This document shows positions 29,386 through 42,689 of a DNA stretch of 64,000 bases, piece after piece. Under the pieces are notes generated by a model that was not told the DNA's origin, made no database searches, and saw only the letters and a list, made by a program, of their open reading frames with translations. Origin of the DNA: Octopus vulgaris. Taxonomy: Eukaryota. How positions within the stretch are numbered: position 1 is the first letter of the stretch; every line of letters starts with the position of its first letter. The translations under genes were made by a program, and so were the position numbers. The stretch covers positions 64,790,001 through 64,854,000 of the forward strand of contig OX597818.1 in NCBI GenBank assembly GCA_951406725.2, written 5' to 3'.

Positions 29386-29767
29386 ACGCCGTCGGTTACG
29401 ACGATGAGGGTTCCTGTTGATCCGAATCATTGGAACAGCCTGCTCGTGAAATTAACGTGTAAGTGGATGAGCACTCCACAGACACGTGTACTCTTAACGT
29501 AGTTCTCAGGGATATTCAGCGTGACACAGAGAGTGACAAGGCCGGCCCCTTGAAATACAGGTACAACAGAAACAGGAAGTAAGAGTGGAGTGAGAGAAAG
29601 TTGAGGCGAAAGAGTACAACAGGGGTCGCCACCACCCCTGCCTGAGCCTCGTAGAGCCTTGGGTGTTTTCGCTCAATAAACACACACAACGCCCGGTCTG
29701 GGAATCGAAACCGCGATCCACCGACCGCGAGTCCGCTGCCCTAACCACTGGGCCATTGCGCCTCCAC
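29386..29767 (-). mobile_element. Full-length tRNA-derived SINE
   Basis: Head gtggaggcgcaatggcccagtggttagggcagcggactcgcggtc with A box TGGCCCAGTGG and B box GTTTCGATTCC. Second copy at 39697-40018. Confidence 0.85.
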
Positions 29768-30118
29768 TTGCCATGCAGTAATAAATGGCGAAAACTATAA
29801 TGGGGTCCGTTCTATATATTTTCTCTCTTTGATTTTCCGTCGTAATTCCACGCAGTCTCAAGGATGTCGGCAGCGATCGAATGGAAGAGGCGTAATGTGA
29901 TTCAATTGGCAGCCGCACACTATATTCACAATAAAATTTACGTCACTCACACCTATTTACGGCATTAGTGTAATAGGACTTGTTAATGTACAAACGTTTT
30001 AAGACGTATAATCATACGTATACATTCAAACATATATACATAAATATCTATCTATCTATCTTTCTTTCTTTCTGCTTTTCTTTTTTCTTACTTAATTCCT
30101 CTCTTTCTGTCTCCCCTC

Positions 30119-30174
<56 letters not shown>

Positions 30175-30428
30175 CAATAATGTGACAAGAATGCAACACA
30201 TCCAGACAAACATTACAAGAAGAACTAGGACGGGTCATTCGGAGTTTACTTTCCTCAGTCGAGTTCCAGATCATCTTTTCAATTTCGGCTGATTTGACTC
30301 GGGATTGCTCGAACCTGGCCATCCCCTAAGAAAACCTAAGCTAAAAGCATTGAATTCCTTAGAAGAAAGCGAATGTATACGAAAACAAGGACGGAGAAAT
30401 GGTACACGAATAGAAATAACAGGACACA

Positions 30429-30493
<65 letters not shown>

Positions 30494-31338
30494 TTGCACA
30501 GAGGATTATTTACACACACATAGACACACACATACACGTACATATATGGAAACAGAGTACTCGCATGACAATGAATCACTCCACAAAAGCGTATTTGAAT
30601 TCTCGTTCCCAAACAATACATTAGGGAAAGAGGGAAAGATATACACACACTGAATGACTATTAACAACGGATATTTTACTACACTTGCAAACAAAGCTAT
30701 TTAAGAATACAGACACACGTAAAATGCAACAACTATTTCTGAGAATACACCTGATAGACGTACACTAACCGCACATAACATCTATAAAATACATCAAACG
30801 CATATAAAAAGCAATCGAAATAACGAATATATATTAGAAGACCTCGTAAAACGGAATACAAAACGCATCATACCTGAATTAGAAAATTAAATTCATGATG
30901 GAGTTCAAAATCACCTGATCATCCTTATCAATTTCATAACACAAGCGTTTAATTGCAAAACCATCATTTCATGACCAATATAATACCTGCATCGACATTT
31001 GAAAATATAAGGATAGAGCTTTACATTGATGAGTACAACACTGTCGTACTGTTTTTATACGCTTAGAGAATAGAGCTATATCGAGACATCGCGACAGGAT
31101 GCCATACGACACAAAACAAGTGGGAGAGGAAGATATTAGAGAGGAACAATTATATACCTGTAAATGTGTTCAACGATTGTAGAATTTAAATCCTGGAAGC
31201 GGTGAATACATTACAATGCATTAACAAAATCATCGCGCAAACTCACACACTAAAATCTGATATGCGGCCCACAGCAACACCCGGGAGTCAAATATTACTG
31301 AACGGGAAACAAATGAAAATCTGACTGCTGGATATCAA

Positions 31339-32488
31339 AGGCAGCGAGCTGGCAGAATCGTTAGCACGCCGGGCGAAATGCTTAGCGGTATTTTGTCTGT
31401 CTTTACGTTCTGAGTTCAAATTCCGCCGAGGTCGTCTTTGCCTTTCATAATTTCGGGGTCGATAAGTTAAGTACCAGTCACGCACTGGAGTCGATATAAT
31501 CGACTTAATCCGTTTGTCTGTCCTTGTTTGTCCCGTCTGTGTTTAGCCCCTTGTGGGTAGTAAAGAAATAGGTATTTCGTCCGTCTATAGGTTCTGAGTT
31601 CAAATTCCACCGAGGTCAACTTTGCCTTTCATCCTTTCGCGGTCGATAATGCACTGGGGTCGATGTAATCGACTTAATCTGTTTGTCTGTCCTTGTTTGT
31701 CCCCTCTATGTTTAGCCCCTTGTGGGCATTATAGAAGTCAGCAACTTTAGCCCGCCGGGCGAAATGCTTAGCGGTATTTCGTCTGTCTTTACGTTCTGAG
31801 TTCAAATTCCGCCGAGGTCAACTTCGCCTTTCATCCTTTCGGGGTCGATAAATTAAGTACCAGTTACGCACTGGGGTCGATATAATCGACTTAATCCCTT
31901 TGTCTGTCCTTGTTTGTCCTCTCTGTGTTTACCCCCTTGTGGGTAGTAAAGAAATAGGTATTTCTTCTGCCGTTACGTTCTGAGTTTAAATTCCGCCGAG
32001 GTCGTCTTTGCCTTTCATCCATTCGGGGTCGATTAAATAAGTACCAGTTACGCCCTGGGATAGATACAATCGACTTAATCCCTTTGTCTGTTCTTGTTTG
32101 TCCTCTCTGTGTTTACCCCCTTGTGGATAGTAAAGAAATAGGTATTTCGTCTACCGTTACGTTCTGAGTTCAAATTCCACCGAGGTCGTCTTTGCTTTTC
32201 ATCCTTTCAGGGTTGATTAAATAAGTACCAGTTACGCACTGGGATAGATACAATCGACTTAATCCCTTTGTCTGTCCTTGTTTGACCTCTCTGTGTTTAC
32301 CCTCTTGTGGGTAGTAAAGAAATAGGTATTTCTTCTGCCGTTACGTTCTGAGTTCAAATTCCGCCGAGATCGTCTTTGCCTTTCATGCTTTCGGGGCCGA
32401 TAAATTAAGTAGCTGTTGCATTTGTGGTCGATCTAATCGACTGGCCCACGCCCCAAAAATTTCGGGCCTTGCGCCTAGAGAAGAAAAG
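31339..32488 (+). mobile_element. SINE multimer: six Nin/Deu-like cores head-to-tail with a 184-bp period
   Basis: Core starts (GGTATTT) at 31387, 31571, 31773, 31957, 32141 and 32325. Full head at 31339, partial second head at ~31747, canonical tail at ~32440-32488. Confidence 0.9.
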
Positions 32489-32778
32489 TATATGTATATA
32501 TCAACTTTTAAAACATGTAACAAAATAAGTTTCGTGCGAAAGCATGTGTAGTATAAATTGAACATGAACTTAAGTAAAATATAGGCGTCATATATAATGA
32601 GGTCTTGAAATTAAAACTGAATGTCTAGAATCATCGAATATTAGTTTAGGAATGTTATTGTTCCAAATTGACAGTAAAATAAATAATAAAATACAGTAAA
32701 CACAAAATATCAAAAAATCAATGACTTGAAAATATTCGTGTATCTAATTAACTGCGTGTGCTTGTATGTAAGTGTGTG

Positions 32779-32814
<36 letters not shown>

Positions 32815-33219
32815 TGTTCGTGAGCGTGTGTGTAAAAGTATGTATATATATATATATTCTATATATGCGCAGCAAATATGGAATATACAAACACACATTT
32901 ACGCCTCAATTATAAACAAGATCGTCACATCTTATTAAATTCATTGCTCTGCAGGAATTCTTATTGACGAAATATAACACTGCCAGTGTCTCAAGTGTCT
33001 CAGAATCCCCTTCACACTTAAATGTAATGTTTTATGAACGCATGTTCTTCATAAAGAAGAAGCTAGTCTCTTCTGAGTGAATTACACCTGCGCTTATTAT
33101 ATTCACATTCGATTGTGTCTGGACGTATTGAGAAAATACATCGGCAATAATAAAACGAAACTGCGATGCTCTAAGACTCACGTCAGCTGCAAAACCATTG
33201 AGGATACAAATTTTGGCGC

Positions 33220-33379
33220 AAACGTGGGTGTGTGGTAATAAGTCTGCTTCTCAGACATGTGGTTCCGAGTTCAGATCCACTGCGTAGCTTGTCGGCCAAG
33301 TGTATGGTTCTGTTATTCTAATCGAGCCGCCCAAAGTATTATGAGTGAATATGGTAAACGGAAAATGAAAGAAGCCCCA

Positions 33380-33414
<35 letters not shown>

Positions 33415-33636
33415 TCTTTACTCTTACTCGTTTACTTGTTTCAGTCATTTGACTGCGGCCATGCTGGAGCACCGCCTTTAATCGAGCAACTCGACCCCGG
33501 GACTTATTCTTTTGTAAGCCCAGTACTTATTCTATCGTCTCTTTTGCCGAACCGCTAAGTAACGGAGACATAAACACACCAGCATCGGTTGTCAAGCAAT
33601 GCTAGGGGGACAAACACAGACACACAAACACACACA

Positions 33637-33640
<4 letters not shown>
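33220..33640. mobile_element. Two SINE fragments in opposite orientation separated by (TA)n
   Basis: Head gtgggtgtgtggtaataagtctgcttc on + (33220-33385). Tail family on - (33410-33640). Confidence 0.65.
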
Positions 33641-33685
<45 letters not shown>

Positions 33686-33688
<3 letters not shown>

Positions 33689-34035
33689 CCCTTGCAATTC
33701 GTCTCCTACAAATGTCGAGATCATATCACATAAGAACAATGCGATACAATTTCTTCACTGCAAATGGTCCTGTTCTTTTCAATGTTATCCCGAAACATTA
33801 TGGAGTAGAAAATGACCGTACAACTTTAAAACGGAACCAGGACAAATTCCTTCAGGTAATACCGAATAAACCATCTACACCCGGATATGTCTCAACCGAA
33901 CAACAACTCTATGCTTGTGTTTTCCACGGTGTCCGGAAATAATTAACTAAATACTTATCCAAGTGGTATTACTGAGTTAGTCATGGCCTGGGCCTATGAT
34001 GGCTGAAACCAATCTAAGATATGTAAGTTATCTAA

Positions 34036-34040
<5 letters not shown>
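33686..34040 (+). mobile_element. CR1/L2-group LINE 3' end
   Basis: YNFFTANGPVLFNVIPK...LKRNQDKFLQVIPNKPSTPGY with an (ATCTAAGTT)-like tail. Same family as 6276-6545. Confidence 0.8.
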
Positions 34041-34132
<92 letters not shown>

Positions 34133-34225
34133 GGAAGATGGAATATACGACGACAATTATTTCGACACATCTAAGATCGATCTCTCATGGGTGGGACTCA
34201 ACAACTGGCTCAGATGCATATATAT

Positions 34226-34289
<64 letters not shown>

Positions 34290-34291
34290 GG

Positions 34292-34811
34292 AGAATGGTT
34301 GTATACTGTCAATCTAACACGAACGTGACAGTAGGGGGTACACCGCCGCTGTTTAGCCCTAGGAAGCATCGACGCATCCTGATGGCTTTGACACATTTTC
34401 CCTGTGTCCTTATATACATTTACGAAGGGGAGACAAATACCCCCAGCCGCCCGGGCTGCATCTAGGGACACGTGTTTCAGGATGATTGTCCTTCGTCTGC
34501 CTAGACTAGCAGACACCGGTCAGCTGTGGATGTCTGTCTCGACTCGTAATGTATATATCTAAATTTCAGTGAAGTCTATTCTCTGATTATCAAAATCAAA
34601 AATACTAAATTTCTAGAATGGTTGTATACTGTCAATCTAACACGAATGTGACAGTAGGGGGTACACCACCGCTGTCTCCCCTTCGTAAATGTATATAAGG
34701 ACACAGGGAAAATGTGTCAAAGCCATCAGGATGCGTCGATGCTTCCTAGGGCTAAACAGCGGTGCGTACCCCCTACACGTTCGTGTTAGATTGACAGTAT
34801 ACAACCATTCT
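34292..34811 (-). mobile_element. Penelope-like pLTR remnant: partial tandem repeat plus inverted copy
   Basis: 34292-34352 is repeated directly at 34615-34675 (period 323). 34673-34811 is the reverse complement of 34292-34435. Hammerhead fold inside, (TA)n on the left. Confidence 0.75.
34461..34505 (-). ncRNA. Minimal type-I hammerhead ribozyme-like fold, U4A core
   Basis: Minus strand: TCTAGG-CAGACGA-AGGA caatca TCCT-GAAA-CACGTG-TC-CCTAGA. Perfect 6-bp stem I, 4-bp stem II, palindromic stem III, GUC site. Confidence 0.65.
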
Positions 34812-34981
34812 ATCGCCCCACCACCGTACATGTCTCTACGAGAGATTTAGAAATATAGTATTTCTGATATATAGGGAGAGTTTACGAAAAAAACAAAAGA
34901 CGAAGACAGATGGTGTACAAATCAAACAGATGTATTAGTAGAACGCTCAGGAATAGAAAAAGTCTTGTGTGTGTGTGTGTA

Positions 34982-35023
<42 letters not shown>

Positions 35024-35328
35024 GTGGGGGTACATGTTTCAATGTCTGCATAAGTAAGTTCGTTATGTCTCTGGGTATCACCCACCACCGTTTGGCAAGT
35101 GTCCGTCCCTTTGCCTCCTCTTACCTTACCAGTACGGATAGAAGGTCGAATAAATAAGTACTATACTTTATAGTAAGGACCGGAGTTGATTCCTTCGACC
35201 AAAATTCTTCAAGGTGAGGCCTCAGCGTAGCTGCATACGAATCACTGAACGAAAGAAAAGAAAATTTATTAATAAATGCTTGAAATCTTCAACAATAACC
35301 GGCGCTCAGTTTAAATAATCATATTGAG

Positions 35329-35425
<97 letters not shown>

Positions 35426-37135
35426 ATATGCATATATACATATACATATACATATACATATATATTGTAATTAGCTTCAGTAATTAAGACAGCAGGATTT
35501 ACTGCAATAATTACATTTTAAAGAGATTGTTTGCTGTTGATGGTAATAAATGTTTTGTCCCATAGTTTGGTATGTTGAAGCGATGCAGACGTTGATAGTC
35601 TCTGTTATTGCCTTGCTTAAGTTTCCAATTATCAATTAGTGACGTTTACATTAACTCATCAGGAATTTATTACAAATTATGTATACGAATGACCAGTGAT
35701 TATTTAATGAACAATCAGTTTAGGATATATTGCGTTTAGTTAGATACACACGGGATAATTCATTTACGCGGCTGATATAATCACACACACAGAAACATAC
35801 ATACATATACATTATATATATACATCATATATATATATATATATATATATCTGTGTGGGTGTGTATGTATGTGTGTGTGTGTTATTTTCAATGTATGTCT
35901 ATGCTATTCTTACATGCAGATGCATTTATGTATATATATGAATGAGTACAAACTGTGTATTTATTGTCGTCTCTCCTAAAATGATAATAAATATAAACTC
36001 TACTAAACGAACTCTGTATTTCTGTATTTAAATATTTAATGATTATTGTAAGGCAATAGAAAACGAAGCTTAATATCTATCTACGAAGACACTGAGCTGG
36101 CAAGACAGTTAGTATGGTCATTGGCCTTTCCTAAGATTTTACGTCTATTGTTCAAATTCCGCCAAGGTCGACTTCGACTTCTACTGAATAATAAGTACTA
36201 TTAAGATTTATTCTTTACATGTAATGGTAAAAGTCAGTACATATATTTATATAAGATTTGTCCTTTTAAATTTTTACTTATTTTATTTATTGAACTGCTG
36301 GAACGTAAACAAAACATAAACGAAACAACACCGAGTGCCAAGCGGTTGCAGAAGTCCAAAATGCAAATACACATACAATTGGTCACACACAAGACATGAT
36401 CTTCATTACCTTGGTTACCTTACAGCTGTTTCTCCTATAGGTGTTGCACAGGCATTCAACTACTAGTGCATTGCATCTTATAATGATGTTGCTGATATAA
36501 TATCGTATTTCCTTGTGATTCTAATTTTTCATCACTGCCCTTGAAATCGACTAACGCTTTATTCTGAAGAAAATACACACACGAGCAGTCACACACAAGA
36601 CATGAACTTCATTAGTGTCATTATCTTACAACTGTTTCTTTTATGGGAGATGTATTGACACTTTCCTCATCTGTTATGATTACACTCGGATACTGTGAAC
36701 GTTTCGTCTTGTTTGTTCCTGCTGAATTTTGCCTTTGTTAATAGATTCTTTAGATTATGTTGTTGCCTTTTACTTAAGTGAATTAGTTACTATGTTTTTT
36801 TTTGAAATGTGTTACTTTGTTTCATGATATATACACACATACACATCCAAAAAGGAAATACTTAGAGAATTTCAGAGATTACCTTAAAATAGTATGGAAC
36901 GCAGTACCTCACGATATTCCGCCGACGTCCTGAATGAGACGAGATTTTTGTTTTTAATACACAGGTCACTTTGCGACGTCTCTCCGCTAGAAAAATATTA
37001 CAGCTAACCTCATTTCATATTTCATCGAGATAAACGCTTACTTTCGCAACTATACATAGGTAAATATACAGCTAGTCGAATGTTATACCTACACACACAC
37101 AAGTAGGTATCTATGCACTTATACATACACATATG

Positions 37136-37214
<79 letters not shown>

Positions 37215-37567
37215 ATGTATATATGTATGAATGTATATGAAAGTTATTATAATTTTGTTTAAAATATCCTTTTCAGAACGCAGTGAACGAGATAACTTAT
37301 TATTGTGTTTACTTGGCGTCCTTATCTACAACATTGTAGAGAGAATAAGTTAATTAATAGAACCACCTCGATGACAGGCGAAGTGATAAAATATAAATTA
37401 GGTGCCAATTTATCTTGAAATTATTTACTCCTTCCAGACGTATACACAATATTTAAATTTGCTCATAGAGATCAGTCATCGATTACTTCTCTTTAGAGCT
37501 ATTACTTTTTCTTGGTTAGTTTTATTGTATTTCGGAATATGACTTCATCTACTGCTTATATTTCTGT

Positions 37568-37608
<41 letters not shown>

Positions 37609-37954
37609 TGTGTTGTGTAGGTATATTATCGCAGAAAAACAAATTTGCAGGCACTCACATACACATATTTGTATCTATGTACTGTATCTATGCATATACA
37701 TGTAGCACTTATATCCGCCACGTGCCCTCGTAATCATACAGTAATTCAGAAACACATTTTCACATTTTTTTTTTCTTCTCTCTGAATATAAAATAGAATG
37801 TAAACTTATGAAAGTATTCGTCGGAGTACCTTGATATTGGCAGAGCTCTAGTCGGTCTGTTGTGTCTTAAATACAGCGGAACCTCGGTTTTGGAACAACT
37901 CTGATCACGTATCAATCCTACGTTATCTCATGTCTTTCTCATATTCATTTAATA

Positions 37955-38000
37955 CGGTAGTACCTCGGTGTACGAACGCCTCTGATACGAATAAATCGTG

Positions 38001-38079
<79 letters not shown>

Positions 38080-38143
38080 AAGTATATATCTCTATGAGCG
38101 ATTCATTCGCGATCAGAGGCGTTCGTACACCGAGGTACAACTG
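37955..38143. mobile_element. pogo/Tigger-like MITE with about 45-bp TIRs and internal (TA)n
   Basis: TA|CGGTAGTACCTCGGTGTACGAACGCCTCTGAT pairs with ATCAGAGGCGTTCGTACACCGAGGTACAACTG|CA. A related lone TIR TA|CAGCGGAACCTCGG lies at 37874. Confidence 0.75.
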
Positions 38144-38339
38144 CATTAGTTTCTAAATAATTCTCACTCAGTTTTTATATTCTACTGTTTATTTTGTGGA
38201 CTTGGGGATTTTGGCTAATCCACAATGGCTGCGAGGTCAAGCTCCAAGTTTTGCAAGCCACGTGATTTCATATTAACTTCTACTGCCCTGCACCGTGGGC
38301 TACTGTGACATCTGCTATTGCTTACAGGCCCACCAATAA

Positions 38340-38560
38340 CTTTCTCTCCTACTTCAGGCACAAGGACCGAAATTTTTGGGGAGGGGTGGAAATCAAGTAG
38401 ATCGACTTCAGTACGCAACTGGTACTTAATCTATCGACCCCGAAAGATTGAAAAGCAAAGTCGAACTCGGCAGAATTTGAACTCAGAACACAGAAGACAG
38501 ACGAAATGCAGCTAAGCATTCTGTCCTGCGTGCTTAACATTTCTGCCAGCTCACCGCCTT
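38340..38560 (-). mobile_element. Nin/Deu-core-like SINE, full length
   Basis: Reverse complement of the 31339 family, from head (ggcggtgagctggcagaa) to tail. Confidence 0.8.
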
Positions 38561-38925
38561 CCCTCAATGCCTTTTGATTGAATTCGGCTGAAGGGTTGTG
38601 CGGAAGACCGACATATGTCAAGACATAGCAGTACATCAAAATATCCGATAGAATAAGTACCGGCCAAATGAGTCATTTCGTTGATTTGATTGATGATATC
38701 CTCAAATGCGTTGCCATGGCACAGCCAGAGTCCTATGACAGAAAGGAATCATATATGTATTACCTGTTTGGCTATTTTTCACGATTGTCTGTTAGTAACC
38801 TCTCGACTCATCTCTTCAGATTACGTGGAACATAATGTTATAGTAGCATTGTTCTTTTCCTCATTCCTTCTTTCATTTGCCGTCTTTTTTTCTGTTAATA
38901 AAGGAAATATGCTACAAGTTACATA

Positions 38926-39318
38926 TCTTTATATATAAAAGAGAAGTTGTGTGTCTGTCTCCTACGATTTAGATTCCTAACTACTCCCACATTTTGCGGT
39001 GCAGTTTAACCAAAACCGGGTATCTTATAGTCGTGATTCATATCGAACCCTTCTGGGTATTAGCGCACGTCTACGATGAGTCTACGATTTTAAAAAAAAA
39101 TACCATAATTTTTTTCCATTTTAATGCATTTTTTCGCTATTATATAAGGGAAGTAACGCTCTAAAAATGTCTACGATGAGTCAACGATTTAAAAAAAATT
39201 ACCATTTCTTTTTCCATTTTTAATGCATTTTTTTGTTATTTTTTGGCTATAACTCTCTAAAAATGCTTATATAGTTATTTCACTTACAAACCCGAGCAAC
39301 GCCGGGCGACACTGCTAG
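38926..39318 (+). mobile_element. Complete non-autonomous Helitron
   Basis: A|TC 5' end (TCTTTATATATAAAAGAG). Subterminal hairpin-like CCCGAGCAACGCCGGG (39291-39306). CTAG|T 3' end, no TSD. Confidence 0.9.
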
Positions 39319-39696
39319 TTCTTAATAACTGAAAGGAATGTCTGCACGTCAAGAGAAATAACAAGAATATAAATTGATAAATGCTCGAAACAATTATATT
39401 ACTAATTGAATTTATAAATATAAATAAACTATATGTTCTTCATATATTTACAAAGTTTTACAATTTCACTATGCCATGTTAACATATGGATAAACAATAC
39501 ACACCTAACTCTTTACACGATTATAACTATTTGTAATTTCTACGCATTGAGGAATTATACTAGGTGTTTCGGTTTCGTTAAACGTATGTCACCATGTTAA
39601 ATGCTATATTTAAATTTTTGTGTAATTTGAGCCTTATCAAACCTAATATGATTATTAGAACGGAGGAAGTATTTATGTATCTGTTACCTTTTATCG

Positions 39697-40018
39697 TGGC
39701 AATCCGTCGGTTCCATTTGATCCGATCAACGGAACAGCCTGCTCGTGAAATTGACGTGCAAGTGGTTGAGTACTCCACAGACTTGTATACTCTTAACGTC
39801 GTTCTCGGGGAGATTCAGCGTGACAAAGAGAGTGAAAAGGCTGGCCTTTTGAAATACAGGTACAACGGAAACAGGAAGAAAGAGTGTGAGAAAGTTGTGG
39901 TGAAAGAGTACAGCAGAGTTCACTAAATAAACATTCACAACACCCGATCTGGAAATCGAAACCACGATCCTACGATCGGGAGTCCGCTGCCCTAACCACT
40001 GGGCCATTGCTCCTCCAC
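39697..40018 (-). mobile_element. tRNA-derived SINE, same family as 29386-29767
   Basis: Colinear similarity, A and B boxes. Confidence 0.85.
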
Positions 40019-42689
40019 AAAGTTTTATAGTGATATAAACTACTAAAATCTAAACAAAATTAACTACAACAAATTATATTTCTATGCAGGTGAGCGAGAT
40101 GCTTTCTAAAGACAAATACCACAGTTTTATGTTTTCTTTACAGTTTATCTACCCTACGTAGGATACACAAATTGCTATACAGTCCTCATACCCAGTCTGT
40201 CGCTAATAACTGATACAGGAAATTTTAAACAAACATCAACTATGCCAGGGAACTTTGCAACCGAATAAGACGTAAAATTTTCTTTAAATGCAAAAAAAAT
40301 ATATACATTTAAATCCTTTCAACGGCAAGAAGATACTCACTGTCAGAGATAGTCCGTCCAATCATTTTCATTTCCTCCTATACAACAACAAAATGGATGT
40401 TTTCTTGAATGTCTTTACAAATATAGCTGTGCAGAAAATAAGATTTCGACGAATAGGTCATTAAAACCTCCCAACCCAATTCTTATACAGAAACATTTCA
40501 GAAAAATGACATTTCCACATCCACGTTCCACGCTTCCAATCCTAAGACAATATCAGTACTTCTCAAAACATAATCAACGATATTTTATATATTGTACCTC
40601 GCTGTCCAGTTCTCAAAGACTGCGTTGGTTTTTTTCTTACTCAGCACCTTCTTTAGAATCCTTTGCCAACTCCTTTCGTATACAACATGAATCTGTCATT
40701 GTTGCTAAATATAAACCACATCTCAAACATTCTACCACCGCACATCAAAACACATATCGCCTGAATCTCTATCATAACACTGAGTAGTGCAAAGTCCTTA
40801 TGCTTTACACACTTTGATTAGAAACCCAACATACTTAATGTTGTTTCCCAAAATCTCACCTTATCTGAGGGACATATTGTTGCCCGTGTTTGGCAAAATC
40901 TTCATTTATGTATCTACCATAAACCACGAAGTTTTCTCACAACTCAAATTGCTATTTGAGACAAGGCATAATCATCACATTTTCATGAAAGTCATCTCTA
41001 TGAACACAGTAACTCTCCGCGAAGAGGTATTCCCTCAATATGCTTTTCAATATGAGGAATCAAAATCTCCATTACATTGTAAAGAGAAACTGTGACTCAG
41101 GCTGTCACAAAAGGATCTCTACACTTAAGTAGGGATCGCTAGAACAGAAGTCTAGAATGAAGTTCCTCATTTGCTCATATTTCTTCTGCTGCATGTTATT
41201 CACTACCTCCTTATGTTAATTTCTCCCTAACAGAAATTCTGTTAATTTCGCCCAACCGGTTCTCTCTGATTTTGAAACTCCACACTATATTCATATCAGA
41301 TCTAATATGTATTTGCTTCTTGTTGTTTCGTTGATGATTCGAGGAAATGTTTATATCCGTGTCAAACTAACCTGCTAGAAGAAGAAGAAAAAAAAAACAT
41401 GAGTTTGATTTGATTTTCAGTTCATTCATCAGTGACAAAAACACGATTTGAAATTAGTTTGTATAACTTAGCAGCGAGGGAACGTAAAGACATCTTACGC
41501 CATTTGTAGTCACGCCGTAACAGTGTGAAGTCAACTAGTTTTAGAAGACGCATGCTTGTTATCTTCGAACAGATATACGGATGAATATATTGCTTTGTGA
41601 TGCAACTATAGACACCAAGGTATAGATCATAATCATTAATTTCTTTTTTCGTCTTACAGACGATTGCAATGATAATATCAGGAAGAAATGAGTTGCTCGT
41701 TTTAAGAGCATTCGGTGCATTTTTATTAGAATCAACGAAGAATTTTTTTGTGAGATCCTTCAAATATGAACGAAGAACTGTTCTAGTGTTTCTAATAATT
41801 ATATAGTCGTATTTATGTATATATGGTATTCTTTCTTCTTTTTCTCTGTCTGTAGACGAATTCACACACATACACAAACACACACAAACATAAACACATA
41901 TATGTAAAAGCAATTGTGGGGATTAAGAAATTAGACACATCGAATATATTAAATAAAGCAAAGACAAAATATGTGATTCTGTATACATGCAGAGTACAGA
42001 CTGGTGCACTGTAGGGCTGGTGCTGAGGCCTCATCCTTAAGATAACGAGGAACCACGTATTCACGCTCCCCTCAGCCATAGTCGAATAGTGGGCGACTGA
42101 ACCGGCTCCCCTCTTGGTTTAGACTCCAGGATTTGGAGGAGAACTTCAGGACACCCATGGGAACTGAAAACAAGATTTGTTCAAACCAGGGCACAGGAGT
42201 GCTGTCCTTGTCCTTTACCACACCAAATTAAGACCCCCACCCCGCCAACTATAGATCAAAGGGAGGAATCTAGATCTCCGAACTCGATGGTTGATCCGAG
42301 CGGAAGAGGGCAATGCTAAACTGACTGGCTAGAAATTATATTGGAGCTAGAGGCATTCTGTTGCAATTTATCTTCCGAACCTGGCATGCCATACCAGGTA
42401 GGGCCGCAGAAGAACGATTTTAGACCATAGTCCGTGGGGCCGCCCTTGGCAAAGAGATATACGCGCGCTTGTGTGAGTGTGAATGTGGATGCATGAATCT
42501 AGCAGAAAAAATTCCCATAAGCAATCTACAGACAATACTTAAATTCGACTTGATTCTAAATGTAGAATCACACCAGTTGTTAATGGTAAAACAGTTAATA
42601 AAAATAAATTCCATAAAAAAAGAATTTTATTTCAATGTGGCGGCAGACACACATAAACATGTATATGCTTAAGAATGCGTTTATACATC

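Noticed and set aside
29690-29767. tRNA gene
   Set aside because: The A and B boxes run into a multicopy SINE body, with no proper acceptor stem or terminator.
30240-30302. Minus-strand GAAA...CTGAGGA type-II hammerhead candidate
   Set aside because: Stems I, II and III cannot be formed.
40500-41330. Possible decayed retroelement coding sequence
   Set aside because: The composition is suggestive but no conserved motif could be read with confidence.
41422-41913. 163-aa ORF
   Set aside because: It starts in a (TG)n-like tract, has no recognisable domain and has no supporting splice structure.
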